A stretch of DNA of 64,000 bases from Eledone cirrhosa (lineage: Eukaryota). This document shows, in pieces, positions 1 to 11,284 of the stretch. How positions within the stretch are numbered: the first letter of the stretch is position 1; the number at the start of each line of letters is the position of its first letter. The notes under the pieces are model-generated. The model did not search any database. It had not been told where the DNA came from and saw nothing but the letters and a program-made list of their open reading frames with translations. The translations under genes were made by a program, and so were the position numbers. Where the stretch lies: the NCBI GenBank assembly GCA_964016885.1, contig OZ024744.1:79050001-79114000 (forward strand), read 5' to 3'.

Positions 1-1255
1 CATTCTCAGCCGAAAGGAAGTAGTCACGGTTCTAGGACAGCATTCTTCACCATATGAGATGTCATCTGGTGTACCACAGGGATCTGTTCTTGGTCCTCTT
101 TTGTTTGTGGCATATATTAATGACATAGATGCCAACTTACAGAATGCCACGGTACTAAAATATGCAGATGACATCAAGCTGTACCTTGATATCAAAAGGA
201 CTGATCCTGAAATTTACAACTCTTTCCTACAATCAGACCTGGACACAATGCAGCAATGGATCACAGACTGGCAACTGAAGCTGGCTGTGGACAAGTGTAC
301 CACCATGCATTTTGGAAGGAAAAATCCAGCGTCCACATACTCCCTCCACAACACTGACATCAAAAAGTCCTCTTGTGAACGTGACCTGGGCATTACTGTC
401 AGCAACGATTTGCGTTGGACAAAGCATGTCTCTAAGATTGTCAAGAAGGCCGAGGGTGTCTTGGCATCACTCAGCAAGACCTTTGTTAGCCGCTCTCCAG
501 CCATCTATTTAAAACTGTATACAGCTATGGTGCGACCACACTTGGAATTTGCATCATCAGTCTGGAACCCCTATCTTGCTCGGAACATTGACCTCCTGGA
601 AACTGTTCAGAGACGTGCAACCAAGCGCATACCCTCCATCAGACACCTACCATACTCTGAACGCCTTGCTTCCCTGGGCATGGATTCATTGAAGCTCCGA
701 CGTCTGGCAATGGACATGGTGAATACCCACAAAGTTTTTAACCATCTCGCCAACTGCAACCCTGAGCGCCTCTTTGATCTCCATGTGTCTAACACACGTG
801 GACATGCCTACAAGATAAGAAAACAGCACAGCTCCCATGACTTTCGCAGACATTTTTTCACGCTCAGAGTTGCTGAAGCATGGAACAAACTGCCTGCGTC
901 AATTGTTAGCTGCCGAGACACTGCATCCTTTAAGACACTCATGCTTCCCGAAATACGCCAAAACTACACCTGATGTACCCCTTCCATACACATGCACACA
1001 TGACTCGTGCACTGTTCATTTTACTGATGTTTGTGCATTGCCCTATGTACTGTACATGCACTTTTTTGATGAGTTGTGGTGCACCTGGGCACTGTACACA
1101 ATATTTCATTATTGTTATTGTTATTATATCATGACTCATACACTGTTTATTTTCCTGACATTTGTACATTATTCTATGTACTATACATGTACCTTTGATG
1201 AGTTGTAGTGCACCTGAGCACTGTACACAATAATTTCATTATTATTATTATTATT
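1..1255 (+). mobile_element. CR1-clade LINE, 3' part (RT C-terminal half open over 59-973, 3' UTR, ATT-repeat tail)
   Basis: ORF has GVPQGSVLGPLLF, KYADDIKLY, ERDLGITVS, RPHLEFASSVWNPY and LETVQRRATK motifs typical of CR1/L2 RT. 3' UTR ends ctgagcactgtacacaataatttc(att)n, with an internal ~130 bp duplication. Confidence 0.92.
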
Positions 1256-2365
1256 CACACAAACACAGACATACATTCACACAAATACACACATACATTC
1301 ACACAAACACACACATACATTCACGCAAACACACACATACATTCCCACAAACACAGACATACATTCACACAAACACACACATACATTCACCCAAACACAC
1401 ACATACATTCACACAAACACAGACATACATTCACACAAACACACACATACATTCACACAAACACAGACATACATTCACGCAAACACACACAAACATTCAC
1501 ACATACACACACATACATTCACGCAAACACAGACATACATTCACGCAAACACATACATACATTCACACAAACACACACATACATTCACGCAAACACACAC
1601 AAACATTCACACATACATTCACGCAAACACACACATACATTTACACAAACACACACATACATTCACACAAACACATACATACATTCACGCAAACACATAC
1701 ATACATTCACACAAACACATACATACATTCACACAAACACATACATACATTCACACAAACACACACATACATTCACACAAACACACACAAACATTCACAC
1801 AAACACAGACATACATTCACACAAACACACACATACATTCACACAAACACACACATACATTCACACAAACACAGACATACATTCACACAAACACAGACAA
1901 ACATTCACACAAACACACACATACATTCACACAAACACACATACATTCACACAAACACACACATACATTCACACAAACACAGACATACATTCACACAAAC
2001 ACAGACAAACATTCACGCAAACACACACATACATTCACACAAACACACATACATTCACACAAACACACACATACATTCACACAAACACACACATACATTC
2101 ACACAAACACACACATACATTCACACAAACACAGATAAACATTCACGCAAACACACACATACATTCACACAAACACACACATACATTCACACAAACACAC
2201 ACATACATTCACACAAACACACACATACATTCACACAAACACAGACATACATTCACACAAACACAGACAAACATTCACGCAAACACACACAAACATTCAC
2301 ACAAACACACACATATATTCACACAAACACACACAAACATTCACACAAACACACATACATTTACA
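1255..2365. repeat. CA-rich minisatellite, ~22 bp unit cacacaaacacacacatacatt
   Basis: Direct tandem periodicity; explains the His/Thr ORF 1208-2440. Confidence 0.95.
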
Positions 2366-2519
2366 CCCCCTTCCTCGCTCTTGCCTTCCTTTTGCACACA
2401 TATATTCACACAGGCAGCAGACTTAAAGAGAGAGGAGTAGCATGAGGTAGTCAAACTACTCCTCTCTCTTTTTATATGTTGTAACAGAATCACAGAAATT
2501 TATATAAAGATTTTATAAG

Positions 2520-2771
2520 TCACCACCACCACTGCAACCACCATCTACCCCCACTTTAACTGTTCCTCTTCCTGTTCCTCCTCTTCCTACTCCTCCTCCT
2601 CCTCCATCCCATTATCATAATCATTGTCTTCATCGCCATCACCCTCATCACCACCATCATCCTCATTATCATCAACCTCACCACCACCACCACCATCACC
2701 ACCACCACCACCACCACCACCACCACCACCATTATCATCATTATTGTCATCGCCGTCATCATCATCATCAT
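2520..2771. repeat. Mixed (CAC)n/(CAT)n/(CCT)n simple repeat
   Basis: Seen directly. Confidence 0.9.
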
Positions 2772-2854
2772 TGTATTTCCAACCCATCACTTACGTAAAC
2801 ATATATGTATGCCTGAATTTGATTGGTCAGTTTCGTAACATATTGATGTTCTTC

Positions 2855-3330
2855 TAGGCGGGTTGTTGACCCTCCACAGAATAGTCGGATGATGGGGCAA
2901 AGAGGATTGACAGCTTCGATAGCAGAGCCTCGAGACCATCAAAAACATCAAAAGGGGACCACCACATTTCCTACAGTGTTGTGTGTACACGCATGCATCA
3001 GCCCACAACTTCCCACCTCAAAGCTATCTTCCACATGCGCTGGTATGGACATGTCCTCTACTTTCTACCAGATCATCCTACCAGGGCCTTAATCTCGTTC
3101 GACACAGCAGCTGCAGGCTGGAAAAGACCCCTCATCAGGCCCTGCACCAGATGGCTGAATGCCATCAGGGAAGATTTCCGGAGACTCGACATCACCTTGG
3201 AGGATGCAGAGGAGCTGACACAGGACTGCCAGCAATGTAGGGTGCTTGGTGGACCTGGTCGGCTCTACACACGACAATTGCTTCTAGGATTGCTGGCTTA
3301 TGATGAATCCCGGCCTCATTGAGCAAGCGC
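2855..3330 (+). mobile_element. Decayed RTE-like LINE 3' end
   Basis: Translation MRWYGHVL...WKRPLIRPCTRWLNAIREDF matches the LRWYGHV / GRPRTRW C-terminal motifs of RTE ORFs. Confidence 0.75.
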
Positions 3331-3800
3331 AAGAAGATGAAGTATTTGATTCTGTATGCAAACATGCAAGCATGGATATTATTGCATGTGTGGATCTCTG
3401 TGTGTTGAATGTATGTGTGTAAGCATGGAAAATAAATGTGAATGATGTTGATATATCATTATCATTATCATCATAGTTAATGTCTTTTTTTCCATGCTGG
3501 CATAGGTCAGATGAACTGTCATGTTATGAAGAGAGACAGGTCAGGTGACCACACATTGCTCATATGATCCTTTTATTGGCCTGGTTTTCTATGGCTGGAT
3601 GTCTTTTCTAATGCCAACCTACCTAACAAGGTGGAACGGAGACACACACAAATTAATATATATATATGCAGAAGTTATATTTAATTTATTGGGATTCCAA
3701 CAAGCTTAAAAGTTTATAACTGACATAAAGCACTCAACAGAATACTGGAGTAAATATTCAATATATTAATAAATGGAAACTATATTTATAAAACCATAAT

Positions 3801-3864
3801 TATTTTATTATATATATTTCGAGGACAACAAGGCAATCTTGGTGCGCTTTCATCAGATAAAATA
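3801..3864 (-). ncRNA. Mirror copy of hammerhead-like motif
   Basis: Reverse complement reads TATTTTAT CTGATGA AAGCGCACCAAG..CTTG..CCTC GAAA TATATA TA ATAAAATA; stem II closing pair is mismatched. Confidence 0.55.
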
Positions 3865-3946
3865 CAAGATTTGTTTTATAAATATTGACATAACCATGGA
3901 AAAAACAACCTTGACGGTTATGTCAATATTTATAAAACAAATCTTG

Positions 3947-4011
3947 TATTTTATCTGATGAAAGCGCACCAAGAATGCCTTGGTTGTCCTTGAAATATAT
4001 ATAATAAAATA
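3947..4011 (+). ncRNA. Type I minimal hammerhead ribozyme-like motif
   Basis: Stem I TATTTTAT/ATAAAATA; CTGATGA at 3955-3961; stem II AAG..ACCAAG/CTTGGT..CTT; GAAA at 3992-3995; palindromic TATATA stem III; UH site T4002-A4003. Confidence 0.65.
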
Positions 4012-4989
4012 ATTATGGTTTTATAAATATAGTTTCCATTTATTAATATATTGTATATATATATATATATGACTTGTGATGAAGTAATAAAAGCTGATCG
4101 AGATCAATTGTACCTCCCACATACGATGACACAAGACCAAGATCTCTGGGATTATGCAGAAATGCAGAAGGCCTGCCTTCCCATGGGCACAAGCTGAAGC
4201 TGAAGCAAACATATAGTATGCACAACTCTCACCTCCACCACACCTCACTCTTCCATACATTTCTCATGAGACCAGACTGAAGCATACATCTACTGAAGCG
4301 CCCACCCCACACTGTAAAGTGGTTGTGATGGCAACACAACAAAAAAGCACTCAGTCCACATGGTAAAATGGTCATGTAGGTGTCACAACAAGAAGCACCC
4401 AGTACACACTGTAAATGTGGTTGGCGTTAGGAAGGTCATCCAGCTGTAGAAACCAAGCCCAAATCAGTTCTGTTTGAGCAAGACATGGTTACCTGACCTG
4501 GCATTTCTCACAACTCGTCTAACCCATGTTAGCGTGGAAAAATGGATGAAGACAAAGGAAAAATACAAAGGAAAGACAGACAGTCCCATCTCCTCAGACA
4601 ACCTCTAGAAGTCACTGCAGTTTCGGTGCATGAAGGTTGATACCATTCATTCCAGTGTACATTTGGACAGAACAAAACAGGTAGAGACATGTTACACCCT
4701 TAAGCAAATTACATATATATAAATGAAAAAGTATCCCAAGTCTGTCATCTGACAATATAGTGAGAGAATGGTGTGCACAAGTTTAGCCAAAGGAGAAGGA
4801 AATATATAAAGGAGAGAAATAGTAAAACAGAAGAAAATAATACAGGCTGTAGTCCAACATGCAGACAAAGAAAATAATACAGGCTGTAGTCCAGCATGCA
4901 GACAAAGATGAATGACACTGAGGTGAAGAAAAGGTAAGAAGGAAGAATAGGCAGTCTGTGCAGTAACAAAAACCACAACCATCTCCAAA

Positions 4990-7160
4990 CTGCTCACTTT
5001 GACTGGAACAAAGCAGACTGGAACTGTTACTGCACCGAGCTGCAACGTCCAAATTGACTTGAGTTCTACAACTCTGGAGATGTCAACACTGTACTCGAGA
5101 ACATCCTGAACTCAATATAGACAGCATGTGCAGCATCAGTGCCATGTAAGCAGAAAAAACATCCCAAAAGTGCAATTTGGGAGACTGCAGCAGTCCATCT
5201 TGGCAGGAAAGAATATCATAATGCTGAACGTGAGTACAAACTGCAGAAATAAGATATCAGTAAGAAAAAGCGAAATAAATCATCCAACCGTGTCAAGCAG
5301 GTGACAAAAATACCAGTGCTTGAATTTGAACAGCGCATAGCAACCAACCCTGACAGTAAGGTGTTCTGGAAGTATGTTCACTCAAAGCAGAAGCCTCACT
5401 CTCCAGTTGGTCCTCTTCCCAATCTCCACACAAACCAGATTACTGATGACCCCAAGGAATGTGCAGAACTCATTGCTGAATGTTATGCAGGCATTTTCAC
5501 TGTTGAAGACCAGAGTGTACCATCTCCACTACCTCTGACATCGGATTCTATTACAACTATGGAATTTACGCCTGCAATGCGACATCACCTTAAAATTAAA
5601 CGCAACCATGCCTCTCCTGGTCTTGATGGTGTTATGTACTTGCTTCTCAAACGTGGTGGGTACTTACTTCTGCACCAGCTATCATGCTTCTTCCAATTCT
5701 GTCTGAACAATGGTGCTACACCAGAACAGTGGAAAACTGCCAGTGTCATTCCTCTGTTCAAAAAGGGTGACCACACATCACCTGTCAACTATCGTCCAGT
5801 CAGTCTTACTAGCTGCATTGCCAAACTGATGGAATCTTGTGTCAGAGAAACACTTTGGAACTTATGGAGCTCTCACAGCCTCATCCGGCCCTCGTAATTT
5901 GGATTTATCCCTAACTCCAGCTGTTGTGATCAACTTATCGAGTTTCTTGAAGACATCACCCGGATCACTGATGGCGGCTCATGGGTGGATGTTGTTTACC
6001 TTGACTTTGCTAAAGCTTTCAATTCTGTGCCACACAAAAGACTTATGGCAAAACTCTCTGCAATGGGTGTGAAAGATGATCTTTTTAACTGGTTGAAGTC
6101 CTTCATTCTCAGTCGAAGAGAGGTAGTCACGGTTCTAGGACAGCATTCCTCATCATATGAGATGTCATTTGGTGTACCACAGGGATCTGTTCTTGGCCCC
6201 CCTTTGTTTGTGGCATTAATGACATAGATGCCAACTTAAAGAATGCCACAGTACTGAAATATGCAGATGACATCAAGCTGTACCTTGAGATAAAAAGGAC
6301 AGATCCTGAACACTATAGATCTTTCCTGCAATCAGACCCGGACACAATGCAACAATGGATCACGGACTGGCAACTCAAGTTGGCTGTGGACAAGTGTACC
6401 ACCATGCATTTTGGGAGTAAAAACCCAATATCCACATACTCCCTCCACAACACTAATATCAAGGAGTCTTCTTGTTAACGTGACCTGGGCATTACGGTCA
6501 GCAACAATTTGCGTTGGACGAATCATGTCTCTAAAATTGTTAAGAAGGCCGAGGGTGTCTTAGCATCACTCAGCAAGACCTTTGTCAGCCATTCTCCAGC
6601 TACCTATTTAAAGCTGTATATAGCTATGGTGCGGCCACACTTAGAATTTACATCACCAGTCTGGAACCCCTATCTTGCTCAGAACATTGACCGCCTGGAA
6701 ACTGTTTAGAGACTTGCAACCAATCAAATACCCTCCATCAGGCATCTACCATACTCTGAACACCTTGCCTCCCTGTCTCCAACGTCTGGCAACTGACTTG
6801 GTAAACACCCACAAAATCATTAACCATCTTGCCAACAACAACTCTGAGCACCTTTTTGTATTCCATGTGTCTAACACACATGGGCATGCCTACAAAGTCA
6901 GAAAACAGCACAGCTCCTATGACTTTTAGAAACACAGCATGGGACAAACTACCTGTCGAGACTCTGCATCCTTTAAAACCTCCATGCTTCCTGAGATTCG
7001 CCAACACTACACCTGATATCCCCCCTCCTTACACATGCACATATGTATATCATGACTCATTCACTGTTCATTTTCCTGACATTTGTACATTATTCTATGT
7101 ACTATACATGCACCTTTGATGAGTTGTAGTGCACCTGAGCACTGTACACAATATTATTAT
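4990..7160 (+). mobile_element. Second CR1-clade LINE copy, disabled by stops and frameshifts
   Basis: ASPGLDG, WKTASVIPLFKKGD, NYRPVSLTSC, DVVYLDFAKAFNSVPH, GVPQGSVLGP; highly similar to 1-1255 with the same 3' tail. Confidence 0.92.
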
Positions 7161-8040
7161 TGGATTGGCAGTATCGGTAGAGGGTCGGACGCCATGCTTT
7201 GACACATAGACTTACGGCCCTTGCCATTCTGAGTTCAAATCCCGCTGAGGTTAACTTTGCCTTTCATCCTTACAGGGTCGATAAAATAAAATACCAGTAA
7301 TACACTGGAGTAATAGCTGGCCTTGTTCCAAAAGTAGAAACAATTATTATTATTATTATAAGTAACCGAATGGTCAATACATTTTTATTGCAAGGTTCAA
7401 AATGTATTGAGAAAATGGGTCAGCTTTTTGAACACTTACTTTAATTATATATTTTAAAACTACTTTTGTTTGATGCATTTATAATTTCGTAATATATGAC
7501 TAGAATTTTAGTAAATATTATGATTTGGAATTATATTGTTGACTGCCCGGTTACTTATGACTCACCCAGTTTAATGTATACATTTCTTGTACCGTTTCAA
7601 CCCATCTACTTAGTTCGTAGATATCACACAGCTAAAAGCCTCTAAGTCATTACGTATGTTAGACTTAACAGTATTATTGTGAATTGGCAGTATCGGTAGA
7701 ACGTCGAACAATACGCTTTGCGGCTTATAGTTACATCCCTATGGGGTCGATAAAATAAAGTACCAATAACACACAGGGATCAATATAATTGGCTCTCCCA
7801 TTCTAATCAAATTGCTGGCCTTGTGCCAAAAGTAGAAATAATTATTAGTTGCTTTGCGGAATATAGTTACGGCCCTTTACGTTCTGAGTTAAATCTCCCG
7901 CCATGGTTAGCTTTCTTTTTCATCCTTACGATGTATCATAGATAAAATAAAGTACCAGTTATGTACTGAGTCCATTTAATCGACTTTTCTCCTTTCTCTA
8001 CAAATTACTGGCCTTGTGCCAAAAGTAGATACTATTATAA
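7161..8040 (+). mobile_element. Cluster of tRNA-derived SINE family A copies (Meta-domain-like core). Other copies at ~9140-9325(-), 10663-10870, 13250-13612(-), 35220-35440, 39273-39490, 40665-40860(-), 49455-50065 (three in tandem), 51190-51305, 60150-60355, 62625-62815
   Basis: A-box-like tggcagtatcggtag, B-box gagttcaaatcc, conserved core ctttgcctttcatccttacggggtcgataaaataaagtaccag, and tail ggccttgtgcctaaagtagaaacaattatt repeated many times. Confidence 0.85.
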
Positions 8041-8049
8041 AACTTAATA

Positions 8050-8670
8050 ACAAATTTTATTAAGGCGTAACCGTCAACATAATATTACAAATAGGAAGAG
8101 AAAGAAAAGGAAAAAAAAAAAGAAAGAGAAAAAGAAAAGAAAACACACCAGCAGGTAATACACACATCTGGGACTACATACAACAAAAGGCAGGCGAAAG
8201 GGGTGGATAAACCAACCGCAGCCAGAGCAAAAAATAACAATATCGCGAGGAACACTGGGAAGCCTCTCTAATAATTTTTGAGGCAAGCCAGCATGCTCGC
8301 TGCGTTACCTCGGTGATGGCAAGACTGAGGTGCTGGAACAACCAAGCGCCCTCACGAGCATCACCAATTACCTCTGTTAGGTGAGCCGCCAGTGAAAATA
8401 AGAACCTCGCATTCAGTAGCCCGACTCCCCCAAATGTCTTGAACGTCGCAGGCTGGAAAATGTAGTTAGCCGACAGATCATTTCAGGATTTTGTTCCGTT
8501 CGGCTGCGGAAGCTGTAGCTCTCGCCCTAACCGCAGCATCCAGGATGTGGGAAGAAGCAAAAGAGTCACTAACTGCGACGTCCCAGACAAGACACCTGCT
8601 GTTAACCACCGGCGTGCAGAGCTCTGGTGATGCCCGGAGAAAATCTTGATTGTATGCCTCAAAGACTCAA
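8050..8670 (-). mobile_element. CRE-clade (restriction-like endonuclease) non-LTR retrotransposon 3' remnant
   Basis: Minus-strand translation across frameshifts: RCLVWDVAVSDS ... FQPATFKTFGGVG ... GDAREGAWLFQHLSLAI/RGNAASM, matching the CRE C-terminal pattern LFQRLSVAVQRGNA. Confidence 0.75.
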
Positions 8671-8719
8671 GAATAAGGCCTAATATACTGAGAAATATTA
8701 TGAGAAAAGAAAATATTTT

Positions 8720-9000
8720 GAATATGAAATAAACGCTTTATTCAATTTTAATATAAATTAATCAAATTTATTAAGTTCTTTTCCCCAAATGATGCCCGGG
8801 ACCCCCCCCCCCCCCCCTCCTGCACGCTACTGTTGTTAACCAGGGCACAGGGTAAGACCGCCAGGTCTTTCCCCATCAGTTCTGGACCATCTAGACGATT
8901 CCAAAATTGAGGGGATGTTTTCCTGGGCCAAAGTTCTCTTGATTCTACATCCATAACATCAGCCATTCTACATCATCAGCCATGGACGGTACTACTACTG
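8720..9000 (-). other. Candidate terminal exon of an unidentified minus-strand gene
   Basis: Acceptor tatatttag at 9001-9002; TGA at 8978-8976 in the frame carried from the two upstream candidate exons; minus-strand AATAAA at 8767-8772 and 8737-8742. Confidence 0.35.
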
Positions 9001-9650
9001 CTAAATATACGAATATCTTAGACCGCATAGAAAAAGAACAACAAACAAACAAAAATGTTATGGAATCATTCACTAACACATTCCAACATCTGATCAATTT
9101 AAAGCGAAGTTTTTGCTTATTGTGGAAGAGGATGATACTAATAATTGTTTCTACTTTTGGCACAAAGCCATCAATTACCCAGTGTATTACTGGTACTTTA
9201 TTTTATCGACCCCGTAAGGATGAAAGGCAAAGTTAACCTCGGCGGGATTTGAACTCAGAATGGCAAGGGCCGTAACTCTATGCGTCAAAGCATGGCGTCC
9301 GATCCCTAACGATACTGCCAATTCACTCTGGTTGGATATATAACTTTACTTCACTTCAACAAAAAGAATATGATTACTTCGAATCATAAATATAAAGTTT
9401 GATTGTAGAGTTCACAAATGAATATAGTGTTCAAAAAGGCTTCTGCGATGTTCCCTTAAAAAGTGAAAAGTTGTAGTCAGACATAACGTACCAGTATAGA
9501 TAGTAGTAAGCTCACACTGCAAGGAAGCTATGTTGTCTATATGAAGAAGCAGATGACTCTGTCGTTGAAGTGCCTATGGAAGAATTGCTGTCGGACCCTT
9601 GTCGAGAGGGCCAGATTTTTGTTTGTTTGTTTGTTAAATGCGACACTAAC

Positions 9651-9708
9651 TACTTGCTTGAGCAAATCGAAGTGATCCTGCTTTTCCGGGGAACCAGCGT
9701 TGAATGAC
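9651..9708 (-). CDS. Candidate internal exon (58 nt) of unidentified minus-strand gene
   Basis: Acceptor gtttttctttag, donor gttagt, GC-richer than flanks; frame ambiguous. Confidence 0.4.
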
Positions 9709-10004
9709 CTAAAGAAAAACTTATTTCATTTAACCTCAAGTTGGCCAGCCTCTCCAAACTACTCACGCCAACCGAGATAAAAAGAAATAGCAGCTAGATG
9801 GCATTCGGAGTTCAGTGTGTGCGAAGAGATTTTGCTATACATTTATATGTTGCTTCTTTTCCCTTGTCTTTTCTACTGCTGTTACAGTGTCCTCTGCTCC
9901 TCAGAGCCGGTTTGTCTCATGTAACCTTCACCTAAGCCCAGCCAATATCCTCATATTATGCGTCCTCTCCTACTCCATTAACCACTATTTCCAATTTTCC
10001 TCAC

Positions 10005-10104
10005 CAGAACGTCGGCCCTCTGGAATTCCGTTGATGAACATCGACCTCATCGGTCCTGGGGAGCTTGCAAAAGGCACAGATGTAGTACCTTCTTCCGAAC
10101 AAAA
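10005..10104 (-). CDS. Candidate internal exon (100 nt) of unidentified minus-strand gene
   Basis: Acceptor ttttgttttctaacag, donor CTG|gtgagg; two frames open (FCSEEGTTSVPFASSPGPMRSMFINGIPEGRRS or LFGRRYYICAFCKLPRTDEVDVHQRNSRGPTF). Confidence 0.45.
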
Positions 10105-10329
10105 CTGTTAGAAAACAAAAATATATATCTGAATATTAATATTTGTTATCGATCTGAGAGAGAAGAGATCACAGCTTCAATACTATAGGTATTTGGTTAG
10201 AATGTCTCAGGAAAGAATCACTGGACAGATTTTACAGGCAAAAACCAAGCGATCGTAGACTCAAGGGCAGATTCCGGTATTTTGACAGAAGAAGAAGAAG
10301 AAGAAGAAGAAGAAGAAGAATTACAAAAT

Positions 10330-10630
10330 AAACACTTAATGGTTCCAAGACCTCGTCCAGTGTACCAACATCTAAACCAGCCAGCTTTGACCTTCCCAGA
10401 AAGCAATGGGTGTCCCTTAATAGGATCTGCACAACACATGCTGGGACAGCCCATCGTCTCCGTCAATGGAAATAAGGGACGGCACGGCGTGGGACCCTGA
10501 CAGGACAGTGTTCCATGTTGTTCAGGATTGCCCCCTCAGACGTTTTCCCGGTGGCCTGGAGACAATCTATAATGCTACAAATGATGCCTTGGTCTGGTTC
10601 CCCGGTCTCAACCCGTCTCTATAGCTACTG
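10330..10630 (+). mobile_element. Isolated copy of the putative 3' UTR of the RTE-X-like LINE (inverted relative to 11285-11580)
   Basis: Diverged reverse-complement match, e.g. ctttgaccttcccagaaagcaatg vs cattgctttctgggaaggtcaaag. Confidence 0.7.
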
Positions 10631-11284
10631 TGTATGTCAAAATACTAATTCTTAAGAGAGCAGTGGATTGGCACTATCGGTAGAGCGTTGGACTTTCTGA
10701 CTTAGAGTTACGGCCCTTTACGCTCTGGGTTAAAATCCTGCCGAGGTCAACTTTGCCTTTCATCCTTACGCGGTCGATAAAATAAAGTACCAGTAATGCA
10801 CTAGGGTCGTTTTAATCAACTTTCCTCTCCCCCCAAATTGTTGGCTTTGTGCCTAAATCAGAAACCAGTTCTTTAGAGGAAGAATGTAAAAGTGATTGAA
10901 TTAATCCAGTGTTTATTTTATCGAGCTTGAAAGAATGAATAAAGTATAATACAGTCGAAGCAGCGTGCATTTGAACTGGCAATTTACTATTTCCTCATTG
11001 ACGTAAATCAATAATTTGAAAAAGAAGAAATATTAATGCAATATGGTTGTGTCCTATTTTCATACTATAAAAAAAAATAAAAACGAAAATATATAACGGA
11101 TGTTTTACTTTCATTTGTGTAAGTCTGTGTGTGTGTGTGTGTGAGTGGTGTGGTGTGCGTGGTGTGATGTGTGTGTGTGGTGTGTGTATGTGTGTGTGTA
11201 CATACAAGATGTTCGTTTTTTTTTTTTTACTTACGATGCAAAAAATAGGATGTAACCGGTCTTCTTGTCGTATGATACATGCAC

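Larger units (their letters stand above)
3759..4053. repeat. Fold-back palindrome, ~137 bp arms (3759-3895 / 3916-4053), 20 nt spacer; probable Penelope-like element pseudo-LTR remnant
   Basis: Arms are near-perfect reverse complements and each contains a hammerhead-like core. The palindrome is seen directly; Penelope origin is inference. Confidence 0.9.

Noticed and set aside
1208-2440. 410 aa His/Thr-rich ORF
   Set aside because: Translation of a 22 bp CA-rich minisatellite.
2443-2451. TGAGGTAGT, matching the let-7 5' end
   Set aside because: Only 9 nt match, and it lies in the hairpin loop rather than an arm.
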